From: Candidatus Moraniibacteriota bacterium
GTDB lineage: Bacteria > Patescibacteriota > Minisyncoccia > Moranbacterales > GCA-2747515
Length of the DNA: 64,000 nucleotides
Assembly (NCBI GenBank): GCA_040772365.1
Contig: JAXGYI010000003.1
Coordinates: 7,234 to 71,233 of the forward strand
Direction of reading: 5' to 3'
The translations under genes were made by a program, and so were the position numbers. The notes under the pieces were generated by a model that saw only the letters and a list, made by a program, of their open reading frames with translations, had not been told where the DNA came from and ran no database searches. This document shows positions 9,625 to 19,026 of the stretch, piece after piece; positions within the stretch are counted from its first letter, which is position 1, and each line of letters begins with the position of its first letter.

Positions 9625-10827
9625 ATGAATCTCTACATAATCAAAATTGGCAAGGTATGGCAGGCGATACGTCGCGATGGACCGGTGCGTGCCGTGCGGC
9701 GCATCATTGATGCAGCAGTGCAAACATTCAAGCCTGTAGGGCATGGAGATATCTTGTTTATCACTGGTGGTGTGGGTGACAGCGCACTATACAGGACGCG
9801 GCACGTAGCAGAGGAATTACGTAAACAGCAGTTTAGGTGTTCTGTGACAATTCAGGACAACCCATTTTTACGTAGGTATGTTGATCGGTTTTCCATTTTT
9901 ATTTTCCATCGTACACTGTACACGCCCGCGGTTGCAGCGATGATTGATGCGATCAAGGCAACGGGGAAGACTGTAATCTTTGATACGGATGACCTTGTCT
10001 ATGATCCGCAGTATTTGCAGCACATGGATTACTACACTAAAATGAATGCCTTGGAGCGCACACTCTATGATAACGGTGTGGGCGGGGAAATTGTGCGTGA
10101 CCCGTACGTTGAGGTTGTAACAGTAACGACATCATTTTTGGCAGATAAATTACGTGCAGAGGGAAAGCGTGTGATTGTTGTGCCAAATCGTGCATCAGAT
10201 GCTGATGTGGCACATGCTGCCGCAGGCATACACGCACACGCACAACGCGCGCACATGGATCATACTGTACGCATAGGATACTTCTCTGGCACTATTAGCC
10301 ACAATAAAGATTTTGCCACAATCATAGAGCCGCTGATGCGTATTATGGCGCGGTATCCCATGGTGCAGTTGTTTCTCGTTGGTCCTTTAGATGTAGAAAG
10401 TGCCCTTGTACAACGGTTTCGTCATCGCATTACGCAGTTGCCGTACGCGATGCGCCCGCAGCATTTTGTCAATCTTGCGTCGTGCGATATCAATCTCGCA
10501 CCACTGGAATATCATAATCCGTTCTGTGAGGCGAAAAGCGAACTGAAATTTTTTGAAGCGGGATTGGTGCGTGTGCCGACAGTGGCTGTAGCAAATCAAA
10601 CATACCGTGAAGCGATTACTGATGGCGTGGATGGTTTTCTGGCAGCAGACGCGGAACAATGGGAGGCGAAGCTGGCACAACTTATTGACGATGTCACATT
10701 GCGTCGTACGATGGGTGAGAAGGCTTATAGGGTATCTATGGCACGGTACACAACTGCTCATGCTGCCAATGAGGAGTATTATGCCTATCTGCGTAGCAAG
10801 ATTCGACATACTGCAAAGCAAAAATAA
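9625..10827 (+). CDS. GT-B glycosyltransferase (GT4-like)
   Basis: FDTDDLVY, GYFSGTISH, DINLAPL, KSELKFFEAG, VDGFLA; start chosen downstream of a TGnTATACT -10 box. Confidence 0.88.
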   Translation: MNLYIIKIGKVWQAIRRDGPVRAVRRIIDAAVQTFKPVGHGDILFITGGVGDSALYRTRHVAEELRKQQFRCSVTIQDNPFLRRYVDRFSIFIFHRTLYTPAVAAMIDAIKATGKTVIFDTDDLVYDPQYLQHMDYYTKMNALERTLYDNGVGGEIVRDPYVEVVTVTTSFLADKLRAEGKRVIVVPNRASDADVAHAAAGIHAHAQRAHMDHTVRIGYFSGTISHNKDFATIIEPLMRIMARYPMVQLFLVGPLDVESALVQRFRHRITQLPYAMRPQHFVNLASCDINLAPLEYHNPFCEAKSELKFFEAGLVRVPTVAVANQTYREAITDGVDGFLAADAEQWEAKLAQLIDDVTLRRTMGEKAYRVSMARYTTAHAANEEYYAYLRSKIRHTAKQK

Positions 10828-10975
10828 CGTGCTCATACCCTCTATTGCGGCGGGGGTCATATGCACGTAATGCGGTAGGGTCGCAGGTTTGTCATGATAG
10901 GAAACCGTGCTATAATCACACACGTAGTGTACAGTATGAGTTTTTTCGCTTTTTTTTCACAGAACACATGGCGCT

Positions 10976-11767
10976 ATGGCACAAAAGCAGAGACAGCATG
11001 AAAATTATAGAGAACTGGTTTGGGCGCTCGCCAAAACAGATTTCAAGCTTCGCTATCAAGGCTCTATTTTGGGGTACGTATGGGCACTGCTCAAGCCACT
11101 GTTGACATTTACTGTGCTCTATTTTGTTTTTTCATCCATCTTCAATCCACGCAATCCTGGTGGCATGGACACATTTGCGCTGGAGTTACTCATCGGTCTG
11201 TTGATGTTTTATTTTTTTTCCGAAGGGACAAGTGCTGGACTAGGTTCACTTGTGCAGAAGTCACAGCTTGTGACAAAGATCTATGTGCCACGGTGGGCAA
11301 TTATTTTGGCGTCCACTCTGAATGCCACGATGATTTATGGGATGAATTTACTGGTGATTGTGTTCTTCTTTGCTATTAAAGGTTTTATGCCGGAACTTCC
11401 AGCTATTGGTCTTTTCTTACTCTTTTCCTTTTTTATCTATGTGCTCATTTTATCATTCAGTCTGATTACCGCACCGCTCTACGTGAAATTTCGTGATTTG
11501 ATGATGATTTGGGATGTACTGCTCATGGTGATTATGTATGCAGCGCCGATCATCTATCCACTCGTAATGTTGCCGGCACATTTTCACCCGCTGATTCTTT
11601 TGAATCCGATGGCGTTTATTGTGCATTTTACAAAAGAGTCACTCATCAATGGGCACTATGCTGACCCGTCACAGTACACGATTTTTATTGCTATGCTTAT
11701 TGGATTTTTTGCATTTAGTGTAGTTTTCTACAATAGATTTATTAAAAAAGTTGCTGAAAATATGTAA
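10976..11767 (+). CDS. wzm: Polysaccharide ABC transporter permease
   Basis: DFKLRYQGSILGYVWALLKPL, FRD, PIIYP, LNPM. Confidence 0.93.
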   Translation: MAQKQRQHENYRELVWALAKTDFKLRYQGSILGYVWALLKPLLTFTVLYFVFSSIFNPRNPGGMDTFALELLIGLLMFYFFSEGTSAGLGSLVQKSQLVTKIYVPRWAIILASTLNATMIYGMNLLVIVFFFAIKGFMPELPAIGLFLLFSFFIYVLILSFSLITAPLYVKFRDLMMIWDVLLMVIMYAAPIIYPLVMLPAHFHPLILLNPMAFIVHFTKESLINGHYADPSQYTIFIAMLIGFFAFSVVFYNRFIKKVAENM

Positions 11768-11772
11768 GATCT

Positions 11773-13104
11773 ATGGATAAACATTCTGCCATCCACGTAC
11801 AAAATATTTCTAAGACGTTTCGCATTCCGCACGAGAAGATTACATCACTGCGCGGGGCAGCGACATCGTTGTTCAAAGACCACTCCTATGAGGAATTTAG
11901 GGCGCTAGACAATGTTGGATTTGAGGTGAAAAAAGGCGAGTTTTTTGGTATCATCGGGCGCAACGGTAGCGGTAAATCTACACTTCTCAAGATTCTTGCC
12001 GGTATCTATACGCCAGATAAAGGCAGCGTCAAGATCAACGGACTCATTTCACCATTTCTGGAATTGGGAATTGGATTCAACATGGAGTTGTCGGGACGTG
12101 ATAACGTTTTTCTTAATGGCACTGTCTTGGGGCTCAGTCACAAGGAGATTGAACAGAAATTCGATGATATTGTACAGTTCTCCGAACTGGAGCGTTTTAT
12201 TGATCAAAAACTCAAAAACTACTCCTCCGGTATGCAAGTGCGCCTGGCATTTGCTGTATCCATTCACGCTAATCGCGAAATTCTTCTCATGGATGAAGTC
12301 TTGGCGGTAGGAGATAGCAACTTTCAGTCGAAGTGTCTGGAAGAGTTTCGAAAGTATAAAGCAATGGGGCGCACTGTTGTTCTAGTAACCCATGATGTGG
12401 ATGTGGTACGTCGCTACTGTGATCGAGCGATGCTGTTGCGCCAAGGTAAGATCGTTTCTATTGGGGATGTGAATAAGGTAGTGGATCAATATGTCTTTGA
12501 CAATATGAGCGATGAAGAGAAACGGCTTTTGGAAGAAGAGAAATATCGTGCAAAAAAAGAAGCAGAGGAGAGAGCAAGAAAAGCGCGAGAGGATAAGATT
12601 AAAATAGCTAATGTAGAAAAAGAACGGCTCGCTTTAGAAAAGAAGAGAACTGAAGAAGAAAAAAAGGCTAAGGAGGAAAAGGAAAGAAATAAGGCTGCTG
12701 AAATCATAAAGGTTGAGTTCCTGGATGCAGATGGAGTTGATAAAAGAGCTTTTGAGACAGGAGAGAAGATTTCAATGAAAATTAAGTATAAGGTTATTCG
12801 ATCTTCTGAAGAGTTAAATTTTGGTATCGGAGTACACGCTGTTTCTGGTGGACAGGTTTTTGGGTATAACACACAAATGGATGATATTGAGGTGCGAGGT
12901 GATAAAACAGAGCTGACGCTAGCATTCGACTCCCTACCTCTTTTACAAGGGGAGTACTTTGTGAATGTTGCTTGTTGGGGCCATATTGAGCAACGTCACT
13001 ATGATTTTAAGCCTAGCTATGCAACGTTAAAATTCTTTGCAAAGGGCGTAAAGAGTAAGTATAGAGGATTTGTTGATATACCGCACAAGTGGATTAATCA
13101 TTAA
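11773..13104 (+). CDS. wzt: Polysaccharide ABC transporter ATPase with charged linker and C-terminal Wzt_C domain
   Basis: GRNGSGKST, YSSGMQVRLAF, DEVLAVGD, VTHD; C-terminal PLLQGEYFV. Confidence 0.93.
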   Translation: MDKHSAIHVQNISKTFRIPHEKITSLRGAATSLFKDHSYEEFRALDNVGFEVKKGEFFGIIGRNGSGKSTLLKILAGIYTPDKGSVKINGLISPFLELGIGFNMELSGRDNVFLNGTVLGLSHKEIEQKFDDIVQFSELERFIDQKLKNYSSGMQVRLAFAVSIHANREILLMDEVLAVGDSNFQSKCLEEFRKYKAMGRTVVLVTHDVDVVRRYCDRAMLLRQGKIVSIGDVNKVVDQYVFDNMSDEEKRLLEEEKYRAKKEAEERARKAREDKIKIANVEKERLALEKKRTEEEKKAKEEKERNKAAEIIKVEFLDADGVDKRAFETGEKISMKIKYKVIRSSEELNFGIGVHAVSGGQVFGYNTQMDDIEVRGDKTELTLAFDSLPLLQGEYFVNVACWGHIEQRHYDFKPSYATLKFFAKGVKSKYRGFVDIPHKWINH

Positions 13105-13142
13105 TTTGAAATTTTAATAAATTACTATAATTTGTTAAAACA

Positions 13143-14147
13143 ATGGACTCTTTAGTTAGAAGGCAAATTTTTTTGGATAATTTTGTGGGCTTTCCAATTC
13201 GGTATGGAGGTTGGGCAATCTCAGAAGATATTCTTTTTGACATACTTCAGTTTTGCTTTTTAAAAGAACCTAGGGTTATTTTAGATTTAGGAACGGGTGC
13301 CACAACGCTAGTTTTGGCAAAATACGCTGAGCAAATGAAGAAGCAGGGCGTGGAGGTTAGAATTGTATCGGTGGACTCTGATTCTAATTGGTTGAGTGAC
13401 ACAGAGGAGTTAATAAAAAAAAACAAACTTGGAGGGTTTGTTGAATTGGTTCATGCACCGATAGTTGAAACAACATTTGGTCTATATTATAAAACCGATG
13501 AAATTGTTAAGCTGTTGCAGAAAAAAAAGATCGATGTAATTGTGGTTGATGGGCCTCCGGGGGTAATTAAAAAAGAATCTCGCTATCCTGCAATGGCTTT
13601 CTTTGAGGAATATCTTTCAGAAAAAGGTGTTGTGTTTCTGGATGACGGGGCAAGGGAGGATGAAAAAAATATTGTAGCTAGGTGGGTTAAAGATTTTCCT
13701 GGATGGACAAGTGAATATCGGAATTATATGAAAGGTGGCTTTGTTTTGTATAAAGAAAACTCAGGAATGGATAGGTTTTTAATTCAGAATCATGTAGGAA
13801 AAATTTTTGAAAATGAAGTTGCGGAAAAGGATAAATTAATTGAAGAAAAGAATCAATTAATCCAATCTAAAGATGAAAGAATATTAGAGAAAGTTCGATT
13901 GATCCAACAAAAAGATCAGAAGATAAGAGAGAAGAATCAGTTAATTCAAGCTAAAGATCAAAAAATATCAGAAGGCATTCAATTGATTTGGCAAAAAGAA
14001 AGACAATTAAAAGAATTATCTCTTGCGAAAGAGGCGCTAGAACACTCTAAATCTTTTCAAATTGGTAGTTTGTTTTTTCGCTCACTAAAAAATCCAATAA
14101 AATGGCTAACTTTTCCAGTTAATTTTTTTAAAATTATTTTTTCATGA
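13143..14147 (+). CDS. Class I SAM-dependent methyltransferase with C-terminal coiled coil (putative chain terminator)
   Basis: LDLGTGATT, SVDSD, VDGPPG, FLDDG; heptad repeats; SKSFQIG tail. Confidence 0.82.
   Translation: MDSLVRRQIFLDNFVGFPIRYGGWAISEDILFDILQFCFLKEPRVILDLGTGATTLVLAKYAEQMKKQGVEVRIVSVDSDSNWLSDTEELIKKNKLGGFVELVHAPIVETTFGLYYKTDEIVKLLQKKKIDVIVVDGPPGVIKKESRYPAMAFFEEYLSEKGVVFLDDGAREDEKNIVARWVKDFPGWTSEYRNYMKGGFVLYKENSGMDRFLIQNHVGKIFENEVAEKDKLIEEKNQLIQSKDERILEKVRLIQQKDQKIREKNQLIQAKDQKISEGIQLIWQKERQLKELSLAKEALEHSKSFQIGSLFFRSLKNPIKWLTFPVNFFKIIFS
13826..14010 (+). repeat. Degenerate 42-bp (14-aa) tandem repeats encoding a coiled coil
   Basis: KDKLIEEKNQLIQS / KDERILEKVRLIQQ / KDQKIREKNQLIQA / KDQKISEGIQLIWQ. 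Confidence 0.75.
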
Positions 14148-15694
14148 TTAGCCTTTTTCAAAAAAGAGTCCTATTTTTTCTAGTTATCCTTTCTTTAATG
14201 ATTGGTGTCAGGGTTTTTGAGGCAAAAAATAGGAATGGCTTTCATATAGACGAGATGTGTTCGTATCAGTTTATTAGTGGGGGTGATGAGCCCTTAATGT
14301 TTTTAGATAAAGATTTACTTAATAAGTGGCATGATAAAAACTTTTTTTTAAATTACATAACAGTTAATGATGATGCGAAGTATAATCTTAGTAAGATATC
14401 AGAGAAAACTGGGCAGGATGTGCATCCACCTCTTTATTATTGGGTGCTGCAATTATTTGTTATCGCCATTGATAATGGAGAGATGAATTTTTGGGGAGGA
14501 TTTATTTTAAATATTTTACTGTTCATTGTCTCATCAGCGCTATTCTTTTTCGTAGCAAGGTTTTTCATAAAAGATACTTTTTTAACTTATGCTGCTTTTT
14601 TAATGTGGGGGTTTAGTGTTGCGGCAATTTCAAATTCTTTGTTTATAAGAATGTATGAAATGTTAACTTTTTTTGTTTTAGCAACAATTTTGTCTGGATT
14701 TTATTTTTTAAAAACAACAAAAGTAAAGTTCTGGCACCACCTAGCATTAACATTATCTTTTGTGGGCGGTCTTTTAACTCATTACTTCTATTTATTTTTA
14801 TTGGTCCCATTTTCATTTTTTTTAATATTAAAATTAATTTTAGCGAGACAGCACAGAAGAGTTATGGGGCTATTTATAGCATTGGCTATAAGTATTGGCG
14901 TCAGTCTTTATATTTTTCCACAAGCGATGAAGCACCTTCTTCTTTCTAGTCGTTCCAATGATATGAAGACAGGAATGATGGAAAGCCTTACCTCAACTGA
15001 TGTGACTAGCTTAATTCTAGAGAGATTTCGTGAAATGAGTACTATTTTTAATGAGCAAGTTTTTTATTTTTCTTTAAATTTATTTGTTATTGCTTGTGTG
15101 GTCTCATTAATTATTTTTTTAAAGAAAGAGAAGGGTGGTCTCAAAAATCTTTCTTCACTTAAAAAAATAATTAGTAATAGAAGTTTTTTGTTAATAATTT
15201 TTGTTAATTGGTTAGCGATCGTCACATTATCAGCTCCGTATGTCATTATGCGCTACATTATTGCAATCTTACCTATCTTTTTTATCATCATTGTGGTATT
15301 TTTAGAATATATTTTTACCAATAATAAACTAAAAAGAACGCTGGCTACGTTATTTTTAATTTTTGTTTTTAGTAATATATTCTTATTAGACACTCTACCA
15401 CACACTAATTTTGAGAACAGTAAAGCAAGCAACTTGGAACCTAATAAGGCAATTGTTTTAGTTTTTCCAATAGAAAAAAAATATACCCTAGGTGCTATGA
15501 TGCCCTATTTTATCAGTCAGGATAGGACATACTTTTCGACCGAAGATAACTCACAAGAAATTCTTTTAGAGAATGACTTCCGCTATCTTTTTCTTGAGAA
15601 AAGCATTAATCTAGAAAGTCTTGACTATGAGAATCAAGGTAATTTAAAATGGCTATTTTCCTCAGACTATTACAACATTTATTTAAACCAATAG
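14144..15694 (+). CDS. GT-C fold polytopic membrane glycosyltransferase (GT39/PMT-like)
   Basis: FHIDE, DVHPPLYY, IRMY, LTHY motifs; many TM segments. Confidence 0.8.
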   Translation: MISLFQKRVLFFLVILSLMIGVRVFEAKNRNGFHIDEMCSYQFISGGDEPLMFLDKDLLNKWHDKNFFLNYITVNDDAKYNLSKISEKTGQDVHPPLYYWVLQLFVIAIDNGEMNFWGGFILNILLFIVSSALFFFVARFFIKDTFLTYAAFLMWGFSVAAISNSLFIRMYEMLTFFVLATILSGFYFLKTTKVKFWHHLALTLSFVGGLLTHYFYLFLLVPFSFFLILKLILARQHRRVMGLFIALAISIGVSLYIFPQAMKHLLLSSRSNDMKTGMMESLTSTDVTSLILERFREMSTIFNEQVFYFSLNLFVIACVVSLIIFLKKEKGGLKNLSSLKKIISNRSFLLIIFVNWLAIVTLSAPYVIMRYIIAILPIFFIIIVVFLEYIFTNNKLKRTLATLFLIFVFSNIFLLDTLPHTNFENSKASNLEPNKAIVLVFPIEKKYTLGAMMPYFISQDRTYFSTEDNSQEILLENDFRYLFLEKSINLESLDYENQGNLKWLFSSDYYNIYLNQ

Positions 15695-15772
15695 CTTTTG
15701 ACTACTTTGATAATGGTGATTATTTATAAAAAAGTGTTTTCTGGTAAAGATTTAATTAACAAAAAGCAACAT

Positions 15773-18679
15773 ATGGAGTACTCCTTTAAAAACAAACCTA
15801 AGCTGTCTTTCAAAAAGCCAAGCTTAAATTTAAATGATTTTTCTAAGTATATCAAGGAGGTTTTTCAGTATGGGGAAATTAAGACAAATCCTAAAATATC
15901 AGTAATTATAGTTGCTTATAATGAGGCGGATGATTTAATCCGTTGCATTAATTCATTTGAAAACCAGAAATACCAAAGCTATGAAATTATTGTTTTTGAC
16001 AATGGACTTGATGAAAATACTAAAAAAAAGCTAGAGGATTTAAATCTCACCCATATTATTTCAAAAGAAAATGTTGGTCCAGCAATTGGTAGAAATGTTT
16101 TAGCTTTATATGCTAAAGGTGATTTATTGGTTAGTATTGATGCAGATGGCTATGTTGAAAAGGACTATTTAGAACAAGTCGATAGCTTAATGGAGGATAA
16201 AAACATAATTGCAGCAAGAGGATTGGTCAAGCAATTTGGAAAGAATACAGAGCATTATTTCGAACCAGAGCACTACAATTTAGGAAGTAAACAAATTCCA
16301 TACTTCATTAATATTGAGGGTAATACGGTTATTAGAAAAAATGATTATATAAAAGTGGGCGGAATGGAAAATGACTTATATGGACATGAGGGAATTATTT
16401 TGTCATACAGAATGCATGCATTTTATGATTATGGAAAAGAACAGTTTGTTTATGCTCCGAATCTAATCCTTTATCATAATTTTCATTCTGATAATATTCA
16501 CCTAAAAAGCAAGTTTAAGCGGTATGAGTTGCTAAATTATTTCATTCTCAACAAGTATCCCCTTATTGAAAACTATCTTAATTATTATGAAGAGGTTAAA
16601 AGTTCACTTATCAAGCAAGATATTGGGGGTACAGGTAATGATAAGGCGGGAGAAAATATTAAGATTAAAGCACGAAAGGAGTTTGAAAAAGAGCTTAATC
16701 GTAAAATTGATTCTATTCAAAAAGCAAGAGCGAATAAGGCCAGCAAGAAAAAGGTACTTGACTTTTCCGTTATTATCCCTTGCTACAATTTAGGCAAACT
16801 TTTGCCAACCGCTATTGAGTCTGCAATGCGACAAACTTTGGAAAATATTGAAATTATCGTGGTGGATGACGCATCTCCTGATAAAGAAACGCAAGAGGTT
16901 TTGAGTGAAATGGAGAAGATGGTAAAGGTAATTCGTCTGAAAGAAAATAAAGGCGTTTCTGTAGCGCGTAATGCTGGAATAGAAGTGGCAAGAGGAAAGT
17001 ACACTCTTTGTCTAGACGCAGACGATACAATCGAGCCAACTTACTTGGAAAAAGCTTTTAATATTTTTGAGTCAGATGAGAAGGTGGGCATTGTTAGCTG
17101 TTGGCTAAAGTCATTTGGAGCAACAAATGCGGTTTGGACAGCTAAGGATAATATAGAGATTAGAGACGCTTTGATTAACCCCCCAGTTCATACCGCCTCT
17201 TGTTTTCGCAAAGTAGACTGGGAGGAGGGTGGAATCTATGACCCTAAGCTTAGAGGGTTCGAAGATTGGGATCATTGGCTGAGGATTATGAAAATTCGAC
17301 CTTTAGTGCGAGTGATTCCTGAGTTTTTATTTAACTATTATGTGCGCTTAGGATCTAAGGTGGAAACCTCCAATAAAAATTCCTTTAAACTAACCAGCCA
17401 TATCATTGAAAACCACAAGGATTTATATCAAGAACATTTTCTTTATGTTATTGCTCGAAAGCAGGAGGTCTTTGCTTTAAACGCCAATAAAGAGAGGTTT
17501 AGAGAGTTGGAGCTTAGGAGTAATATGGAGCTTTTAAGGCAAAAGAATGAGGAGATAGGCTTAATGCAGGAGTCTAAGTTTTGGAAGTTAAGAGAATTTT
17601 ACTTAACAATGAAGCATTGGCTTGTTTTTGTGTTCTTGAATCCAAGGAAATTTATTAAAAGTTTGCTTTTTTCTCTAAAGAATTATTTGCAGAAGATTAC
17701 GGTTAGGAGGAAAGCAGAGAAAGCTGAGGCAGAGAAAAAAGAAGACAAAGCTGATGATTTCAAAAGTGATATGAGTGCTATCAAAAAATTTTCCAAGCGT
17801 AACAATAAGCCGTGTGTAAAAATAAAAAAGAGGAAGCTTTCCGTGGTTATGTTAAGCCTGAATAGATTAAAAGACACTAAAGAAACTGTTAGGGCTCTTT
17901 ATGAGAATATCAATTTTGATTTTGAGTTTATTATTTTGGACAACGGATCTGATAGTGATGTGGTTGAGTATCTCAAAAAATTAACAAAACAAAAAAATAA
18001 TATTAAACTAATATTAGAAAAGGAAAATTTAGGATGTGCTGGTGGACGCAATAAAGCATTTAGCTTAGCAACGGGAGATTATATCTTGTCAGTAGATAAT
18101 GATATCATTATTACTAAGTATGCAGTTGAAAACCTAATAGAGACTTTGGAGAGTAGCAAAGAAGTTGTAGGCGCTTGCTGTAAAACAGTTTTTCCTAATG
18201 GAAGCATTCACTTTAATGGTGGAAAGTTTGTAATGGATAAGAAGTTTGTGGAGTTTTCTTTAATTGACAGAGGGAAAAAATATGATGATGAGTCAACTTT
18301 TAAACAATTAGCTTGTGATTGGATTCCAGGTGGGGCTACTATGTGGAAATCATTCATCATTAAAAAAATGACTATTGATCCAAAAATGAAAGGCTCTTTT
18401 GAGGATAATGAGTACTCCATAATGCTTCAAAAGAAAGGATTCGCCTTAAGTAACTGTCCAAAATCAATTGCAATTCACAACCATATTAACTTTAACAAGG
18501 AAGCAAAGGAAGATAGGAGATATATAGAAAGCAGGTATAATCAAGAAAGAATAAAGGCGGCGCTGGTGAGATTCTATCAGAAACATGATTTAATAATAAG
18601 AGACAGATATCTTGGTGAGTTGGGACTAGACATTAATGATGACAAGGCATTAATTGAGTATTTTGAAAAGTATAAGTAA
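15773..18679 (+). CDS. Multidomain glycosyltransferase with three GT2 domains
   Basis: ISVIIVAYN..IDAD, FSVIIPCYN..LDADD, LSVVMLSLN..VDND; start could be 15698 or 15713. Confidence 0.9.
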   Translation: MEYSFKNKPKLSFKKPSLNLNDFSKYIKEVFQYGEIKTNPKISVIIVAYNEADDLIRCINSFENQKYQSYEIIVFDNGLDENTKKKLEDLNLTHIISKENVGPAIGRNVLALYAKGDLLVSIDADGYVEKDYLEQVDSLMEDKNIIAARGLVKQFGKNTEHYFEPEHYNLGSKQIPYFINIEGNTVIRKNDYIKVGGMENDLYGHEGIILSYRMHAFYDYGKEQFVYAPNLILYHNFHSDNIHLKSKFKRYELLNYFILNKYPLIENYLNYYEEVKSSLIKQDIGGTGNDKAGENIKIKARKEFEKELNRKIDSIQKARANKASKKKVLDFSVIIPCYNLGKLLPTAIESAMRQTLENIEIIVVDDASPDKETQEVLSEMEKMVKVIRLKENKGVSVARNAGIEVARGKYTLCLDADDTIEPTYLEKAFNIFESDEKVGIVSCWLKSFGATNAVWTAKDNIEIRDALINPPVHTASCFRKVDWEEGGIYDPKLRGFEDWDHWLRIMKIRPLVRVIPEFLFNYYVRLGSKVETSNKNSFKLTSHIIENHKDLYQEHFLYVIARKQEVFALNANKERFRELELRSNMELLRQKNEEIGLMQESKFWKLREFYLTMKHWLVFVFLNPRKFIKSLLFSLKNYLQKITVRRKAEKAEAEKKEDKADDFKSDMSAIKKFSKRNNKPCVKIKKRKLSVVMLSLNRLKDTKETVRALYENINFDFEFIILDNGSDSDVVEYLKKLTKQKNNIKLILEKENLGCAGGRNKAFSLATGDYILSVDNDIIITKYAVENLIETLESSKEVVGACCKTVFPNGSIHFNGGKFVMDKKFVEFSLIDRGKKYDDESTFKQLACDWIPGGATMWKSFIIKKMTIDPKMKGSFEDNEYSIMLQKKGFALSNCPKSIAIHNHINFNKEAKEDRRYIESRYNQERIKAALVRFYQKHDLIIRDRYLGELGLDINDDKALIEYFEKYK

Positions 18680-18748
18680 TACCAAAAAAAACAAAGATAC
18701 CAAGCATAAATAGAGGTAGGGCGTAATACATTTAGATAGACGATAATA

Positions 18749-19023
18749 ATGAAATTTATAACAAAATATCAAAAGAGTGTTGATAGATATTCTGATGGAG
18801 CTGAGCAGGAACTCCTTCAGCTTTTTAAGCAAACAGACACCACACAATTGACAGCATACGGCAGGAGTTGCACGTGGTGTATACATCACGATTTTGGAAA
18901 TTGCGTGCGATGTATATGACAGTAAAACACTACGCCATCTTCATCTTTCTGAATCCCAAGAAGTTTGTTGTAAAAGTTGCAAAAGCTGTGAAGAGGTTTT
19001 TGCGAGGCAGTTGTAAATCATGA
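18749..19023 (+). pseudogene. Internally deleted gene remnant: methyltransferase-like N-terminus fused out of frame to an S-x-F-W tail
   Basis: ATG 18749 gives MKFITKYQKSVDRYSDGAEQELLQLFK; another frame from about 18841 gives TSRFWKLRAMYMTVKHYAIFIFLNPKKFV...*, which matches the motif at about 17570. Confidence 0.65.
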
Positions 19024-19026
19024 TCT

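Larger units (their letters stand above)
12500..18840. mobile_element. AT-rich horizontally acquired glycan-synthesis cassette (boundaries approximate)
   Basis: Abrupt visible switch to AT-rich DNA inside wzt and back near 18840; no integrase or transposase seen, so homologous or illegitimate replacement is more likely. Confidence 0.7.

Noticed and set aside
10871-10885. ops/RfaH element (GCGGTAG) upstream of wzm, and a similar GGCGGGTAG near 37326
   Set aside because: Imperfect matches; the first lies upstream of the likely -10 box; no RfaH paralogue in the window
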